64,000 nt of DNA from Bugula neritina (Eukaryota > Animalia > Bryozoa), in NCBI GenBank assembly GCA_964035545.1, contig OZ037769.1, positions 8,413,929-8,477,928 on the forward strand, read 5' to 3'. A model generated the notes under the pieces. The model ran no database searches, was not told the DNA's origin, and worked only from the letters and a program-made list of their open reading frames with translations. The first letter of the stretch is position 1. The number at the start of each line of letters is the position of its first letter. The position numbers were made by a program, and so were the translations under genes. Positions 1 through 19,614 of the stretch are shown here, in pieces.

Positions 1-157
1 AAATTACTAAGTAAGTTATAGTTTTACAAAATAACTAAAAACCCACAGAGTGAAAGCACTTGTATTAATATATATGTCATTATTTGTGAAGAATTAAGTT
101 TTTGTTGACTTAAGATTTAAGGAGCAGCAAATCAGATTATGTTAATAATATTTTCAG

Positions 158-8370
<8,213 letters not shown>

Positions 8371-9489
8371 AGCCAATCTTTGCTATGAAAAATCACTGCA
8401 ATAACAAAAAATGAAGCTTTGTTTTATTCAATTGGACAAATTTTCAAAATAAAACAAAAACAATTTGCTGAGTAGCTTATTTAATTTATGCATGTGCAAT
8501 GGACTTTCCATATAACAATTATTCTAAAGTAGTACTTATAATATAGAAATATGTTAGATTTTTATGTAGCATCCATGTATGTATGTATGTATTGATTTAT
8601 ATGTATGTGTGTATGTCTTCATATCTGTGTGTGTGTATGTGACAACACTGAGATAAAATTTCAATAACAGAAAATAAAGCTTTGTTTTATTTAACTAGAA
8701 CATTTTTTAAAAGAAAACCAAGACACTTTATGTACATGCAATGAAATTTCCGTATAACAATTTTTCTAACGCAATTGGTATGATATAGAAATATGTTAGA
8801 TTTTCATGTAGCATGCATACTTTTTTGTATTTATTAATGTATATATATATGCATGCATGTGTGCATTGACATACATATGCATGTATGTGTGTATGTGTCT
8901 ATGCGTGGGTGTACGTGTGTGTGTTTGTGTGTGTATATGTATGTGTACATAGGTAGATGTATGTATGTACAGTTCATATGTATGTATTGATGTAGGCATG
9001 TATGTATGTATATATGTAGTGATGCATGCATGTATACATGTTTTGATGTGAGTATGTATGAGTGTATGAATGTATGTATGTATGTGTGTATGTAAGTACA
9101 TAGGTATTCACGTATGTATGTATTCATGTATGTATGACAGTATGTATGCATGAGTATTTGTCACAGCCAGTCCCCTGTTACTATGACTATCTAACTATAA
9201 CATAATATATTCATAAAATATTGTGTTAAATCACATATATTACAATATTGCAGTGTTGTTGCCGTGTAATAATTATGTGCTCAATTTTATGTAATATCAA
9301 GTTCAGTTGTTCCAAAACAGTGCTTTTGTTATGTAACTAATGACAAGTGTGATTACTTCATACTATCATGTATCATTGTTTCTATTATAATAATTATATG
9401 TTTCTGATGTATGAGTCATTTGTGCTTCAAAACCATATTTTCTGAATATGTGATAGAATATATTTTTAAATAGTAATCATGATACTATT

Positions 9490-9865
9490 ATAGATTATAC
9501 CTCCTTGATTTTGTTGTGCAAGAGAGCGGAACGGTCCAGTCAGGTCGCCCGGTGGCTCGAAATCCTAGCTGAGTTCTCTTACCGGATCGAACATCAGTGT
9601 GAGTTAGAGACACTGGCTCACCACGGAACACAGTTTGACTGGGACCAGGGTCAACTCAAACAGAAGGAAGATGAGTCCCCGGAGGTTGTACAGAACCTCC
9701 GCGCTAACCTTGTTTTCGCCGATAATGTCCGGGAGCTGAAGAAGCTTCAGGAAGAGCTGCCTGGAGCAGTGGCAGACATATATCGGGCTAAAAAGGAAGG
9801 GCAACGACCCAGCGAGGAACAACTACGGCAGGGATGTGCCGAGTTTCGGCTGTTCTGTCAATAGT
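9490..9865 (+). mobile_element. Gypsy pol fragment (RNase H end and integrase linker), internally deleted
   Basis: LCKRAERSSQVARWLEILAEFSYRIEH and LPGAVADIYRAKKEGQRPSEEQ match the pol at about 19690-20140. Confidence 0.88.
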
Positions 9866-10206
9866 CTGGCAGAACTGGAGGTTAGGTTCGCAATCTCGGA
9901 TAGGCTAAAGTTTTTTTCTCCCTTGATTATTTATCTTGAGGGTCCAGGTAAATGTTTCTAAGTAGATGTGGACCTGCCACCCTTGAGCATTTCGAGAAAT
10001 CCAAGATGGCCACCAATTATGAAAAACATCGTAATCTAGTAGGCATAAAGTCTACATTATGTTGCAAACGTAAAATTTTTTTGATGATTCAATGAGATGT
10101 GCATTTCTGGAATGAATATGTGCCATGCCAGTAAAAAAGGAATCAAAGTAAAGAGCCAAGAGACATGTTGCTCAGCTCAAAACTCGGAATTACTTCAATA
10201 AAACAT

Positions 10207-11989
10207 CAACATCAACATCACAACGTTACCTATTAAAGAAATTCACTGACAACAATTTTGATTTTACAGCTCGGAAGTCGGATAAAAAACTTGATAAACA
10301 GTTTAGCCTTACAAATATTGAAAGCACAGTCATTGAAAGCTTACTTAAAGATGTAAACCCAGCCAAAGCTGCAGGATTAGATCTGCATCTCATCTTTCAA
10401 AGCCTTTAGCTTACATTATAAACACAACTATCAATGATTGAGCTTTTCCAAATGAACTAAAAAGAGCTAAAGTTGTTCCTTTACACAAAAAAAGCATAGC
10501 TACTGATGTAAGTAATTACCGTCCAATCTCTATATTACCGGCTTTCAGTAAGATAGCTGAAAAGATTTTAAATAAGCAAATAGTAGATTTTTTAGAAATC
10601 AAAAATTATTTAACTGATAAGCAGTACGACTTTAAACGAAATAGAAACACAAATATTACCTTAATTAATCTAACAAATAAGGTTTTAAATGCTATGAACA
10701 ATGGTAATTCTGTAGCGGGAATTTTCCTCGATTTTAGTAAGGCCTTTGACACAATAAATCATGAAATCTTATTGGCTAAATTAAAAATGCTCCACTTTTC
10801 AAGTCACAGTGTGAAGCTAATTAAAAATTATCTGCTCAATTGTCAACAGTCTACTATTATTAACAACACATATTCCGACTTTATTCATATCACATGTGGA
10901 GTACCACAAGGATCCATACTTGGTCCCACACTATTCCTAATTTATATAAATGATCTTCCAGATGTAACTATGCATTTAGACCCTATATTATTTGCCGACG
11001 ATACGAACCTCTTCTTTGAATTAAAAACACTATTAAACAATATGGACATCATAAACTGTGAATTAGAGAAAATTGAAACTTTGTGCAATAAAAATAAATT
11101 AACTGTAAACATGAGTAAAACAAACTATATGATAATCAAAACAGCGCAAAATAAACAAGATTTAAATGGCTTTGCCTTAGAAATGTTCGAGAAAAATTTA
11201 GTGGGGGTAAAATCAACTACCTTCTTAGGTATTATAATAGATTCACATATTTCTTGGCAACAACATTGCAGCATACTTTGTCAAAACCTAAGGCCCTTAG
11301 TAGGCTTGATAAGTAAATGTTCCCATCACCTACCTAGAAATATTCTAATACAAATATATAACTCTTTTGTGAATTCTAAATTAACATATTGCCTAGAATT
11401 GTGGGGTAATACAACAAACATTTATCTTGAACCATTACATTTACTACAAAAGAAAATACTGAGGATTATATATAAAAAGCATCACCTTTCCCCATCTAAA
11501 CCACTGTTTCTTAGTTCTTCAATCATGCCTATTCACACTCTACACAAATTCAAACTAATACTGCTCTCACATAAACTTTACTATTCTCAACTAACACATC
11601 TCAGGCATAACTATCCCACAAGATTTTCAGAGTTCAGCCTGCAAACTCCTCCATCATCAACTGCTGCAGGTCAACAAAGAGTGGAATTCCAATGTTCGTC
11701 GCTATGGGATAAATTGCCTAGTTCTATTTGAGCTGTGGAGAGGGAGGCTGGTTTCAAACTTGCCCTAAGAGACCACCTAATGGCAAATTTCCAGATAAAA
11801 AAAAATACTCTTTGAATTGCTAAAACTTTCCAAAAACCTAAAAAAATATCTTATTTAACTGTCAACCATTCATGGCTCGGTGCCTCGACTAGCTACAGTG
11901 CTATTGCGCCACAGGCCCTGTCATTTTGTTTATTTTTTCTCAATTAATTTTTTTCCGACTGCAACAAAATAAAAACAAACAAACAAACA
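10207..11989 (+). mobile_element. 5'-truncated LINE of CR1/L2 type
   Basis: RT motifs NYRPISIL (frameshifted upstream part), FLDFSKAFDTINH, GVPQGSILGP, FADDT; short 3' UTR ending AATAAA(AAAC)n. Confidence 0.88.
10694..11731 (+). pseudogene. LINE ORF2 reverse transcriptase, C-terminal part
   Basis: 345-aa open stretch with RT motifs; stops and frameshifts upstream; no endonuclease domain. Confidence 0.85.
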
Positions 11990-12038
11990 TATAATACAGA
12001 GAAATGATGCATGGATTTTGAATAATTGTTTAGACACA

Positions 12039-12438
<400 letters not shown>

Positions 12439-12871
12439 ATCATGCTCATGTTCATATTGAACAACTTTTTTTTTTCTATTTTATCATTAGCATTTGTTAG
12501 AAACGTCAGCTCATTGCAGCACACTCCTGTTACTGCTTCACAGAGGCAGGACTCTGTACATGGGATAGATGTACTAGAACAGCCATATGTCGTTGTTTTG
12601 CATAATTTTGAAAGATGACATTTTCAAAATTGGATATGATAGATATACAGAAGTGATTACCTACAGTAGAAGACTTTTTTAAAATTTAATATGTTCGATT
12701 AGTGACAATGTCTAATGCAAACCCTATAATATCTCGACACGTCAGATGCTTCCACTGACCTGTTCCTGCAGTAAAATATAGTCACTAATACATGAAAAAT
12801 AAGTCATGTCATAATAATGGTATAGATGCATTAAATTCTTGGTTTGAGCTCTATGCCTTCAACTCTGAGTG

Positions 12872-13497
12872 CACCACCACCACCACCACCACCACCACCA
12901 CCACCACCACCACCACCACCACCACCACCACCACCACCACCACCACCACCACCACCACCACCACCACCACCACCACCACCACCACCACCACCACCACCAC
13001 CACCACCACCACCACCACCACCACCACCACCACCACCACCACCACCACCACCACCACCACCACCACCACCACCACCACCACCACCACCACCACCACCACC
13101 ACCACCACCACCACCACCACCACCACCACCACCACCACCACCACCACCACCACCACCACCATCACCACCAATTCACCACCACCACTACTACCACCACCAC
13201 CACCACCACCACCACCACCACCACCACCACCACCACCACCACCACCACCACCACCACCACCACCACCACCACCACCACCACCACCACCACCACCACCACC
13301 ACCACCACCACCACCATCACCACCAATTCACCACCACCACTACTACCACCATCACCACCACCACCACCACCAACACCACCACCACCACCACCACCACCAC
13401 CACCACCACCACCACCACCACCATCACCACCAATTCACCACCACCACTACTACCACCACCACCACCACCAGCACCACCATCACCACCACTATCACCA
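12872..13497. repeat. (CAC)n trinucleotide array with recurring interruption block
   Basis: About 625 bp; source of the poly-T/P/H/V ORFs. Confidence 0.97.
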
Positions 13498-13578
13498 TAT
13501 GTATATATATATAAATATATATACATATATATATATATATATATTAGAAGAAATAAAATGAGATTTGATTAATATATT

Positions 13579-13639
13579 GGCATTTATTACCAGTAGTTTC
13601 GTACACAAGAACGATGTGCACTCGTCAGATAAATTAGCC
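13579..13639 (-). ncRNA. Type I hammerhead ribozyme, family A (inverted pLTR)
   Basis: Minus strand: ATTTAT-CTGACGA-GTGCACA-TCGTTCT-TGTGTAC-GAA-ACT-ACT-GGT-A-ATAAAT; intact core. Confidence 0.78.
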
Positions 13640-13646
13640 ACTATGA

Positions 13647-14900
13647 TTGCCTACATCTATGAATAATGTAATATGTAAGTATACACAGAATAAAGCTAGA
13701 AGATCAGAATATAACAAAGAGGTAGCATTGGAAGTAATTGGCTATGTTACATGTGAATTAGTAGGATTATTTTTATTAAGTACAATCTCAAATAAGTTCA
13801 AAGCTAATATTGGTCTATATCGAGATGATGGGCTAGGAGTAACAGATCTTAAACCACAACTAGCTGAAAGACTGAAAAAAGATCTCTGCATATTATTCCA
13901 GTCACACGGTCTAAAGATCACCATAGATGTTAATATTAAGACAACTGACTATTTAGATGTCACCCTAGATCTGGTCCAGAAACATTATACACCATACTCT
14001 AAGCCTAACAACATCCCTCTGTATGTACACAAAGACTCTAACCATCCCCCCAGTATACTGAAAAACATACCAGAATCTATAAACCGCAGACTTTGTGACA
14101 TATCTACCAATGAAACTATTTTCAACAATGCCATCCCACAATATCAAGATGCTTTGACCAAAAGCGGATATAATTACCAACTCAAATACAAAGACTATAC
14201 TGACAACACCAATACAAACATCAAACCCATCCGACAAAGACGAGTCATCTGGTACAACCCACCTTATAGCCGCAATGTAAAGACGAAAATCGGCTCCATA
14301 TTCTTCAAGCTGACAAAAGATACATTCCACACCAAACACCCACTGCACAAAATATTTAATAAAAACACACTCAAACTCAGCTACAGTTGCTGCCCAAATT
14401 TGGAGCAGACCATCACTGCTCAGAACAAAAGTGTTACTAAATGCAACACCGCCCCTATATCACAGGCAGGCTGTAACTGTAGAAATGTAGAGACATGCCC
14501 GCTTCCAAGAGAATGCACCACCCCAAACATTGTGTACCAGGCCAAAGTATCCGTCCCATCAAACGATACTGTCGAAACATATGTAGGAATTTCCTCCACT
14601 GCATTCAAGGCAAGATACTACAACCACCTTGCTTCCTTCAGACACCCAACCAAGCGCTTGCAAACTGAGTTGAGCAAACACATCTGGACCTTAAAAGACA
14701 AAGATCTGGATTTTACCATATCCTGGAAAATTCTCAGAAAAGCTCAACCATACAACATCACTAAAAACTGTCAGCTATGCTCATGGGAAAAATATTTCAT
14801 TCTTTATAAGCCACAGTTGTCTTCCCTCAATAAGCGCAATGACTTTTTATCCATATGCAGACATAGTAGTAAATTTTTACTCAAGAATGCTGTAACATAG
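13647..14900 (+). CDS. Penelope ORF remnant: RT C-terminal half + GIY-YIG endonuclease
   Basis: LYRDDGLG, YLDVTL, SNHP, CNC-CP-C linker, NIVY...TYVGIS..FKARYYNH, CQLCSWEK, LNKRND. The first ~35 aa derive from the antisense pLTR. Confidence 0.88.
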   Translation: MPTSMNNVICKYTQNKARRSEYNKEVALEVIGYVTCELVGLFLLSTISNKFKANIGLYRDDGLGVTDLKPQLAERLKKDLCILFQSHGLKITIDVNIKTTDYLDVTLDLVQKHYTPYSKPNNIPLYVHKDSNHPPSILKNIPESINRRLCDISTNETIFNNAIPQYQDALTKSGYNYQLKYKDYTDNTNTNIKPIRQRRVIWYNPPYSRNVKTKIGSIFFKLTKDTFHTKHPLHKIFNKNTLKLSYSCCPNLEQTITAQNKSVTKCNTAPISQAGCNCRNVETCPLPRECTTPNIVYQAKVSVPSNDTVETYVGISSTAFKARYYNHLASFRHPTKRLQTELSKHIWTLKDKDLDFTISWKILRKAQPYNITKNCQLCSWEKYFILYKPQLSSLNKRNDFLSICRHSSKFLLKNAVT

Positions 14901-15002
14901 CCAATTACTTCCAATGCTACCTCTTTGTTATATTCTGATCTTCTAGCTTTATTCTGTGTATATTTACATATTACATTATTTATAGATGTAGGCAATCATA
15001 GT

Positions 15003-15063
15003 GGCTAATTTATCTGGCGAGTGCACGTCGTTCTTGTGTACGAAACTACTAGTAATAAATGCC
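15003..15063 (+). ncRNA. Type I hammerhead family A with mutated core (CTGGCGA), probably inactive
   Basis: Same fold as the other copies but the core A6 is G. Confidence 0.6.
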
Positions 15064-15159
15064 ATTATATTAATCAAATCTCATTTTATTTTTTCTAATA
15101 TTTATGCTCTAGATTTATTTCTATAGAGCACTCTAGTAACGTTTTATAAACACTCATTT

Positions 15160-15305
<146 letters not shown>

Positions 15306-15676
15306 GCTAAATAGAAAATGAGTATATTTAGCAAATACTAGAATTTGCTGCGATAAGTTTGAATTTCTACCAAATTCATCAATTATATGAAAGAAAACTC
15401 ATGTAAGATTATAGTAGCTATTCCTGTGGGAAAACCCTTTCCGAACATCACCAATTGCCTTTATCTGATTTGAACTAATGAATTCGTGTTTACTAAGCAA
15501 AAGCTCTGAACCATAGACTGTGGCTGCTTCAATCAAGTAGATGAAATGCTTGAGATAGGGGAAGGGGAATGAGAGATGCTAAGACCAAGACAATCTCAAA
15601 AAAGCTGTACAAGTAGAGATGTTTGACAGTAAGTGTTTGGGGCACAAGCCTCCTTTATGGTTGGGTGCGCCATATA

Positions 15677-17403
15677 CAGTGCTGTGAAAAAGTTTAAGGA
15701 CGCTTGCAGAAATTTCTACATATCTTGTTTAATAGGCATTTCTTGGAAGTTCTTAGCATTTTCCTGCAAGTTCTTTATATTAAAATGACCCTTAGAATCT
15801 GTACAACAATTCACTTTATAAATTCCTACTGCAGTGATGTTTTTCACCCAGCTAGGAAAGCTCAACTCCGGTTTTTTTATGTTTCCAAAGTGTATCGCTT
15901 CTGATAACCACAAAAGGCTAAACAGTGAAACTTGACTTTGTGCATGGCATCATGATATCATAAAGTATGACTTTCTTTCATAATTTAAAATCTGTCATTT
16001 AGTTGTAAGTTTTTACATGCTGTCCACTTAGGTGCTGCTCATAGACAAAATGAGAGCTGTATTTCTTACTTCAAAAGCAAGGTTTGTAATAATTTTCTTG
16101 CATATCGAGGGTTATTCAATTAGGAAATTATCTAAAAAGGTTGGCAAAGCAAGGAAAACTGTACATCAAATTATCAAGAGGTTTATGGAGACTGGCAGTG
16201 TAGCAAATCAACCTGGAAGTGGACGACCAAGAAAAAGCCTACCCAGCGATGACAAGGTTCTCATTAGGATCAGCAAGAAGGATCATCATAAAACAAGTTG
16301 TGAATTGGCAAAGAATGCTCAAAATCAACAGGAACAGCAGCTTCGACATCGGCCAGATAAGGCGAAGATTGCTGATTCATGGTCTACGTGGCTTCAAAGC
16401 AAAATGGAAGCCTTTACTAACCGAAAAGTAGCAAAAAAAAACCAGCTACGGTAGGCCAAGGAGCATGGTAGTTAGAAAGCAAATGATTAGAAAAAAGCAA
16501 TCATTTCAGATGAATCCACATTTAATGTAAACAATCAAGCTGGAAACTGTTTTGTTAGAAGATACCAGTATGAGGAATATAACCCCTAATGTATTCTTCG
16601 AACAATTAACCACCCTATTGGTGTTATGTTCTGGGGTTGTATAACATCAAAAAGTGCAGGTCGACTCAGTAATTACTCTGGAATAATGTTAATGCTCAAA
16701 AATATAAGGATAATCTCAATGCTAAACTTCTTCCAATCATAAAAAACTTCTATTTTAATAAAATTTAACATATTTGAAGATGACAATGCACCATGCCATT
16801 GGGCAAAAACTGTTAAAGAGTGTATAAAAAAGCAGAGGGTCTCAATGCTTAACTGGTCAGCACAAAGCCGGGACTTGACCCCAATAAGCAATCCATGGTC
16901 AAGATTAGCTAAATTAGTCTCCTCACAGAAGCCAACAACTAAGGTGACACCCGTAGAGCCTGTAATTCATGTATGGCATCATGTCGTGACTGAAAACAAG
17001 TTGGAGAAGCTGTACGAGTCAATGCCTCCTCGCTGCCAACATGTGATTGAGAATAAAGGCTGACCAACAAAACATTGATACTAAAATCTAAAGCACTGTG
17101 TGTTGCAATACTGCTATAAAGTGTATAGCTATTTACATATAATATTTTTCCTATGTTTCAAGTAAAATATTCTGATATCCTACAGTACACACAAATATGC
17201 ATAGTATCTCATTGTTCCACCCAAACTTTGGAAGGAAGTGAGAAGAGACAATAATAATTTATATAAATGAAATAAGGAGACCTTAAGGATCATTTTGATA
17301 GGCATCATGCCTATTGAAATGCTTTTGTTTTGTCTTAAAATTAGCTTGGAACATTGCTATTATGGAAAACAATGAGGTGTCCTTAAAATTTTTCACAGCA
17401 CTG
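15677..17403 (+). mobile_element. Full-length Tc1-family transposon (1727 bp)
   Basis: TIRs CAGTGCTGTGAAAAAGTTTAAGGAC / GTCCTTAAAATTTTTCACAGCACTG, TA TSD, empty site near 48490. Confidence 0.95.
16050..17078 (+). pseudogene. Tc1 transposase, disrupted
   Basis: HTH with GSGRPRK, then SDES, FEDDNAPCH and WSAQSRDLTPISNPW (SPDLNPIENxW-like); several stops and frameshifts. Confidence 0.92.
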
Positions 17404-18219
17404 TAGTTTGAGTAATATTATAACTAAGCATGGGTAATGTTTAAGACTTTCTTAATAGATCCACACAACACATTCGGAGAAAACTAGAGCAGCCCGATTT
17501 CTTCTTGATATTTGACAGGTATTTATTTCAAACATTAGTTGCCTTGAAGTTACATAATTCATATTAACAGAACAGTCAGAGACAAAGCACCTATAATAAA
17601 CAATTTCCTGCTTTCCCATGGTCTCTTGAGGTGTGATACAGTGAAAAAAAGTACAATATATTAGAAAGAATGCCATATTCCTAAATTTCCTAGAAGAAGG
17701 AAAGTATGATTCGAGAACGCTTGGTGACACTAGTGCTTCTTTTCAGTATTACTCTTTGCAAGCTACCAAGTTTATGCTAAGTTGCTATAGTTATGCAGAA
17801 TGCACCTCCATGGCTGCTGCAAGAGAAAAAGCTTGGAAGACCAAGGTAAGTAATGCCATTATAGCAACGCGCGTTTAGCTTGCTTACCAGATATTAAGCC
17901 TTTCAACACTGTCACCACAGCACACCTCTAGGTACCATATGGAAGACTACCAACAAGGCAGAACCTTCGGCCTTAAACCTACTAGAACATTGGTGAGTGA
18001 AAGGAGATCTAACAGAATATCTTGTCTTAAAAGAAGTAGGAAATGACATTGTGCTTGCGCCAGACAGTATTAGCAAGTGTGTCATTTTAGTTAATTTGGT
18101 ACACACTCAATAACTCTAGCTTTTGGCTATTTTTCAAAATTTTACTCCTATTGGATATAGATTTTTGCCTTAAACTATTACAATTTCAACAAAATTTGTT
18201 GAAATTGTAATAGAACTGG

Positions 18220-19614
18220 ATGAGCGGGGGGGAGTTCCTGGTCCAGTGCGTAAACCCTTTCACGGAGCCGGTAGAATTACCGGCTGGGTCTCTAGTAGGG
18301 AAGTTCCACTCCGTGCAAGAGGAGGATGTAGGGCCCGCGCTGGAAACAGCGGACGACGCCCGGGGAGTACCCACTAGAGACGGCAGGGGGCCGGTGCCTG
18401 AACACGTAGCGGAGTTGTACGAGGATGCCTGTGATGGCTGTGAGAGCAAGCGAGAACGCCTGGTGATGGCGCGGCTACTCTCGGAGTACAAGGACGTGTT
18501 TAGTTGCGGCGACCATGACATGGGTCTGACTAAGACTGTCTGTCATGAGATACCCCTGGCGGCGGGGACGGCGCCGATTCGGCAGCCGACCCGCCGGTTA
18601 GGTCCTGAGAAGGAGAGAGAAGTGAGCCGTCAGGTGCAAGACCTTCTGAACCGGGACCTGATTGAGCCAGGCCATGGGGCCTGGAGTTCTCCAGTCGTCC
18701 TGGTTCGGAAAAAGGATGGTAGCTGGAGGTTTTGCGTTGACTATCGCAGGCTGAACAGCGTGACCATCCAGGACGCTTACCCACTCCCGAGGATCGATGA
18801 GTCGCTCGATGCCTTAGCTGGTAGCAAGTTCTTCAGCACGTTGGACTTGCTAAGCGGGTATTGGCAGGTGCCCCTGAGTCCTGAAGCACAGGACAAGGCC
18901 GCGTTTATAACGCGGGATGGGCTCTGGAAATGGAAGGTGTTGCCGTTCGGACTTACGTCCGCACCAGCCACCTTCCAGCGACTCATGGAGCAGGTCCTGA
19001 GTGGACTGCACTGGAAGACCTTGCTCATCTATCTCGATGATGTCATCGTCATCTCCCCCGACTTCGACACACATGTCAGTCGACTCAGGGAGGTGTTCGA
19101 CAGACTCCGAGCTGCTAGCCTGAAGCTAAAACCCTCGAAGTGTGCATTACTGCAACGCGAGGTCAAGTACCTGGGCCATGTAGTTGGTCGAGACGGGGTC
19201 GCCACTGACCCCGAGAAGGTACGGGCCGTGAGGGACTGGGCCGTTCCTGTCGACCTCTCTGAATTGCGGGCATTCCTGGGGCTGGTAGGGTACTATCGTC
19301 AGTACATACCAGACTTCGCCGGAATTGCACAGCCGTTAAACCGGCTGACCGCAAAGGGGGTGCGATGGCAGTGGATGCAGGCTGAGCAGAAGGCATTTGA
19401 CCACCTGAAGGATCGCCTGGTGGAAGCACCCATCTTGGCGTATCCTGACCCTGCGAAGGAGTACATTTTGGATACTGATGCCAGTAACCATAATGTGGGG
19501 GCTGTGCTATCGCAGGTCCAAGATGGTCGCGAGGTGGTGGTGGCTTACTATAGCAAGGCCTGTCGGCGCCTGAGAAGAACTACTGTACAACCAGGAGGGA
19601 ACTATTGGCAGTAG
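18220..19614 (+). CDS. pol: Gypsy pol, RT and start of RNase H (correct frame to about 19560)
   Basis: WSSPVVLV, RFCVDYRRLN, LPFGL, YLDD, LDTDAS motifs. Confidence 0.93.
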   Translation: MSGGEFLVQCVNPFTEPVELPAGSLVGKFHSVQEEDVGPALETADDARGVPTRDGRGPVPEHVAELYEDACDGCESKRERLVMARLLSEYKDVFSCGDHDMGLTKTVCHEIPLAAGTAPIRQPTRRLGPEKEREVSRQVQDLLNRDLIEPGHGAWSSPVVLVRKKDGSWRFCVDYRRLNSVTIQDAYPLPRIDESLDALAGSKFFSTLDLLSGYWQVPLSPEAQDKAAFITRDGLWKWKVLPFGLTSAPATFQRLMEQVLSGLHWKTLLIYLDDVIVISPDFDTHVSRLREVFDRLRAASLKLKPSKCALLQREVKYLGHVVGRDGVATDPEKVRAVRDWAVPVDLSELRAFLGLVGYYRQYIPDFAGIAQPLNRLTAKGVRWQWMQAEQKAFDHLKDRLVEAPILAYPDPAKEYILDTDASNHNVGAVLSQVQDGREVVVAYYSKACRRLRRTTVQPGGNYWQ

